Assembly (NCBI GenBank): GCA_000165425.1
Contig: CT868056.1
Span: 186,001 to 212,828 of the forward strand
Reading direction: 5' to 3'
Length of the DNA stretch: 26,828 nucleotides
From: Paramecium tetraurelia
Lineage: Eukaryota
The notes below the pieces were generated by a model. The model was not told the origin of the DNA. It worked only from the letters and a program-made list of their open reading frames with translations, and did no database searches. The position numbers were made by a program, and so were the translations under genes. Shown in pieces: positions 24,039 through 26,828 of this stretch; positions within the stretch are counted from its first letter, which is position 1, and the number at the start of each line of letters is the position of its first letter.

Positions 24039-26828
24039 TCATTATGGCTATTTTTCTTCAAGATATTCAATCTTGGCTTGCCTTTGTTTTTCATAAAAAT
24101 AACTTTCCAAAATACAAGCCCCCTTTTATTTAAATAATGTTAGTAAGTCTAAATCAAAATAATTTGTAAATTCTCCTTTCAAAATTAATGCTCCTTATGC
24201 TGAAAAAATTGGATAATTAGAAATTATAATTGTGTTAACTAAATAAAACAAATCAATACCATATTCTTCTATTAATTCCAAGCAAAAATGCTAATTTTTC
24301 GTTAACAATTTTGTAAAGTCATCTTAATTATCTATATTTGAAATATAAAGTTATTTCCCTGTTTTGCTATCCCAAAAACAGGTTTAGTTGTCTTAACTTA
24401 AGGTTGCTATTGTCTTACAATTAGGGATAAAGTATATTGATTTAACACTTCCAGTAACACCTAATAATTAAAACGTTTGTCTACATCGTTAAATATCCCA
24501 TAAACAAATTGAGTTATTTCCTCCAGATACTAATTTAGTACCATCAGGAGAAAATTATACTGACATTGTATATTTATTATGGTCATGTAAGTAAGAATTT
24601 TGCCTTCCAGTATTAACATTCCAAAAAAGAATGGAGTTTCCCCCACCACTTGATACTAATGTTGTGCCATCAGGAGAAAAACATAGAGAATTGATACCCC
24701 AAGTATGGCCATTTAATTAGAATTTTTACTGCCCTGTTTTAATATCCCATAAACGGATAGCATTATCATCATAGCCAGATGCTAATATAGAACAATCAGG
24801 AGAAAAGCATAAACATAACACCCATCCAAAATGACCGTCTAATTAAGATTTTAGTTATCCTGATTTAGCATCCCATAAGCAGATATATGTATCTCTACTA
24901 CCAGACGCTAATGTTAAAGAATCAGAAGAACAGCATATGGAATTTACATCATCTTTATGTCCATTTAATTACATTTTTTTTTGTCCAGTATTGACATCCC
25001 ACAACCAGATAACCCTATCTTAGCTACCAGATGCTAATATTGTATCATTAGGAAAAAAACATATTGATGTGACACTCTCACTATGACCAATTAATACAGA
25101 TATTTATTATCCTGATTAAACATCCCATAAACAGATAGATTTATCTTCACTACCTGATGCCAATGTTTAACCATCTGAAGAAAAGCAAATTGAATTGATT
25201 ACTTATTTATGACCATTTAATTAAGATTTTTATTGACCTGTTTGAATATCCCATAAACGGATGGTATTATCTTTACTACTTGAGGCTAATGTTTTTTGAT
25301 CTAAAGAAAAGCACACTGATGTGACTGTATTAGTGTGACCTTAAGGTTCATATTTTTTTAGTCCTGTTTAAACATCCCAAATATGGATTGATCTTATTTA
25401 TCACTGCAAGATACTAATGAATAGCCATCAGGAGAAAAACATAATGAATGCACTGTTCCAGTATGACCATGCAATTGTGATTTCTTTCCTGTTTGAATAT
25501 CCCATAAGAAGATTGAATTATCTTGACTTCCCGATGCTAATATCTTCCCATCAGGAGAGAAACATACTGATTGGACTGATTCTGTGTGACCATTTAATTA
25601 ATATTGTTTTCGCTATTTTTTAACATCCCATAACCAAATAGACTTTTTCTTACTACTGCATGCTAATACCGCACCATCAGGAGAAAAGCATATATGATTG
25701 ATAGGACTATCATCAATATTCGCCAGAAGTTTTAGTTACCCTGTTTTAACATTCCAAAACCTGATAGATGTATCTCTACTCCCAGATGCCAAAGTGGCAC
25801 CATCTGGCGAAAAGCAAACTGAGCAGATGGACCAGGTATGCCCAATTAGCTAAAATTTTTATTATCTAGTTTAAACATCCCATAATCTGATTGACATATC
25901 AAGATGACAAGATGCTAATATTGTACCATCAGGAGAAAAGGATATTGTTTTGTAAACTTAAAAATCGCTTTTCAATTCGAATGTTTTTCTTCTTGTTTTA
26001 AGATTCCAGAAATAGATCGACCTACTTGAGCCACATGATGCTAAAGTAGAACCATTAGGTGAGAAACATATTTATTAAACTTAACTACGATCTACTAGCA
26101 TCAATTTTATTTTTCCTGTTTTTATATTCCACAATCGAATGGAATTATCATCACTACCAGAAGCTAATGAATTACCATCTGAAGAAAAGCAAACCGAATT
26201 GACAGAAGCAAAATGACCATTTAACTACTATAATTCATTTATTCTTAAATTCTTCCATTTACAATTAAATAATTTAGCTCCGTTTAAATTTATTCCACTG
26301 ATAATGACATTGTCAAATTCAGATCCACTCAAGTCGCTTTTGGCAAAATTAGATCTTAACAACGAAGTGTTTTTAATTTTAATATTTGTAAAAGATTGCA
26401 TCTTCAGATCAACATTCATTTCAACTAATAAATGAAGAGAATTTGACCCAATTTAAATGAAATTATTATCAAAGGAAGTGAGATGCACTAAATATTTTAA
26501 GAATTCAATAATATTTTCATTATTCCCTATTTTCTTAATCAGTACTTATTTAATATTGATATTATTGTCAGTTGAGTAATTTATGGTATTGAAGTCATGA
26601 TGTTAAATTTATTTCATAACTTTAGTAATTAAATTAATATCCTTTCTTACCTCATTAAGCTTATCTAATCTTTCTTGTTGTAATAAGTTGGCAACTGGAA
26701 TGTCTTTTTCCCTGCACTTATAGTTGTCATCTTGTGATAAAAAGCTGAGAGAATCTGAAATTTCTTCTTTCTTAAGCCATTCTTTTATTAATTTGAACGT
26801 TATGACTTCTATTTGTTTTGAGGCAGCT
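24039..26828 (-). CDS. Pentapeptide-repeat + ~15x WD40 repeat protein (C-terminal part; 5' end outside window); frameshift at ~25395-25400, so possibly a pseudogene; probable 21-nt intron at 24239-24259
   Basis: IIEFLKYLVHLTSFDNNFIQIGSNSLHLLVEMNVDL, then a pentapeptide-like segment (SLLRSNFAKSDLSGSEFDNVIISGINLNGAKLFNCKWKN), then 15 repeats of GHxxxVxSVCFSPDGxxLASGSxDxSIxLWD, and C-terminal PIFSAQGALILKGEF...LFKQKGA to TGA at 24039. Confidence 0.88.
24360..26225 (-). repeat. WD40 tandem array, ~126-nt period, 15 units
   Basis: Recurrent plus-strand motifs CCATCAGGAGAAAA (FSPDG), ATCCCATAA (LWD) and ATGACC (GH) at roughly 123-129 nt spacing. Confidence 0.92.

Noticed and set aside
25417..25623. 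68-aa plus ORF with an internal SHQE repeat
   Set aside because: Antisense reading of two WD40 repeats.
24360..26225. Regularly spaced DNA repeats as a CRISPR-like array or satellite
   Set aside because: The period matches 41-43 codon WD40 units and the variation is codon-structured.

Overview
AT-rich eukaryotic DNA from a ciliate, most likely a Paramecium macronuclear scaffold. Conserved proteins only read through if TAA/TAG encode Gln with TGA as the sole stop, and genes carry 21-29 nt GT..AG introns, so the supplied standard-code ORF track is fragmented and largely misleading. The left part (1-9044) is a compact block: an unknown protein, a membrane-anchored insulysin-like M16 peptidase, complex I 51 kDa subunit NDUFV1, a MORN-repeat protein and an S28 serine peptidase. 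The right part is looser and has four N gaps. It holds a small secreted discoidin/BTBD9-like protein, a divergent importin-alpha, an H-type lectin protein, a large Cys-rich-repeat multi-TM surface protein, a pentapeptide + 15x WD40 protein with a frameshift, and probable decayed gene remnants. No RNA genes, CRISPR arrays or transposons were recognised. I found no clear-cut new system. The best leads are the possible recognition/immunity-like gene cluster, the altered importin-alpha and a 28-bp head-to-head spacer. All translations were done by hand and family calls come from motif recognition, not database searches.
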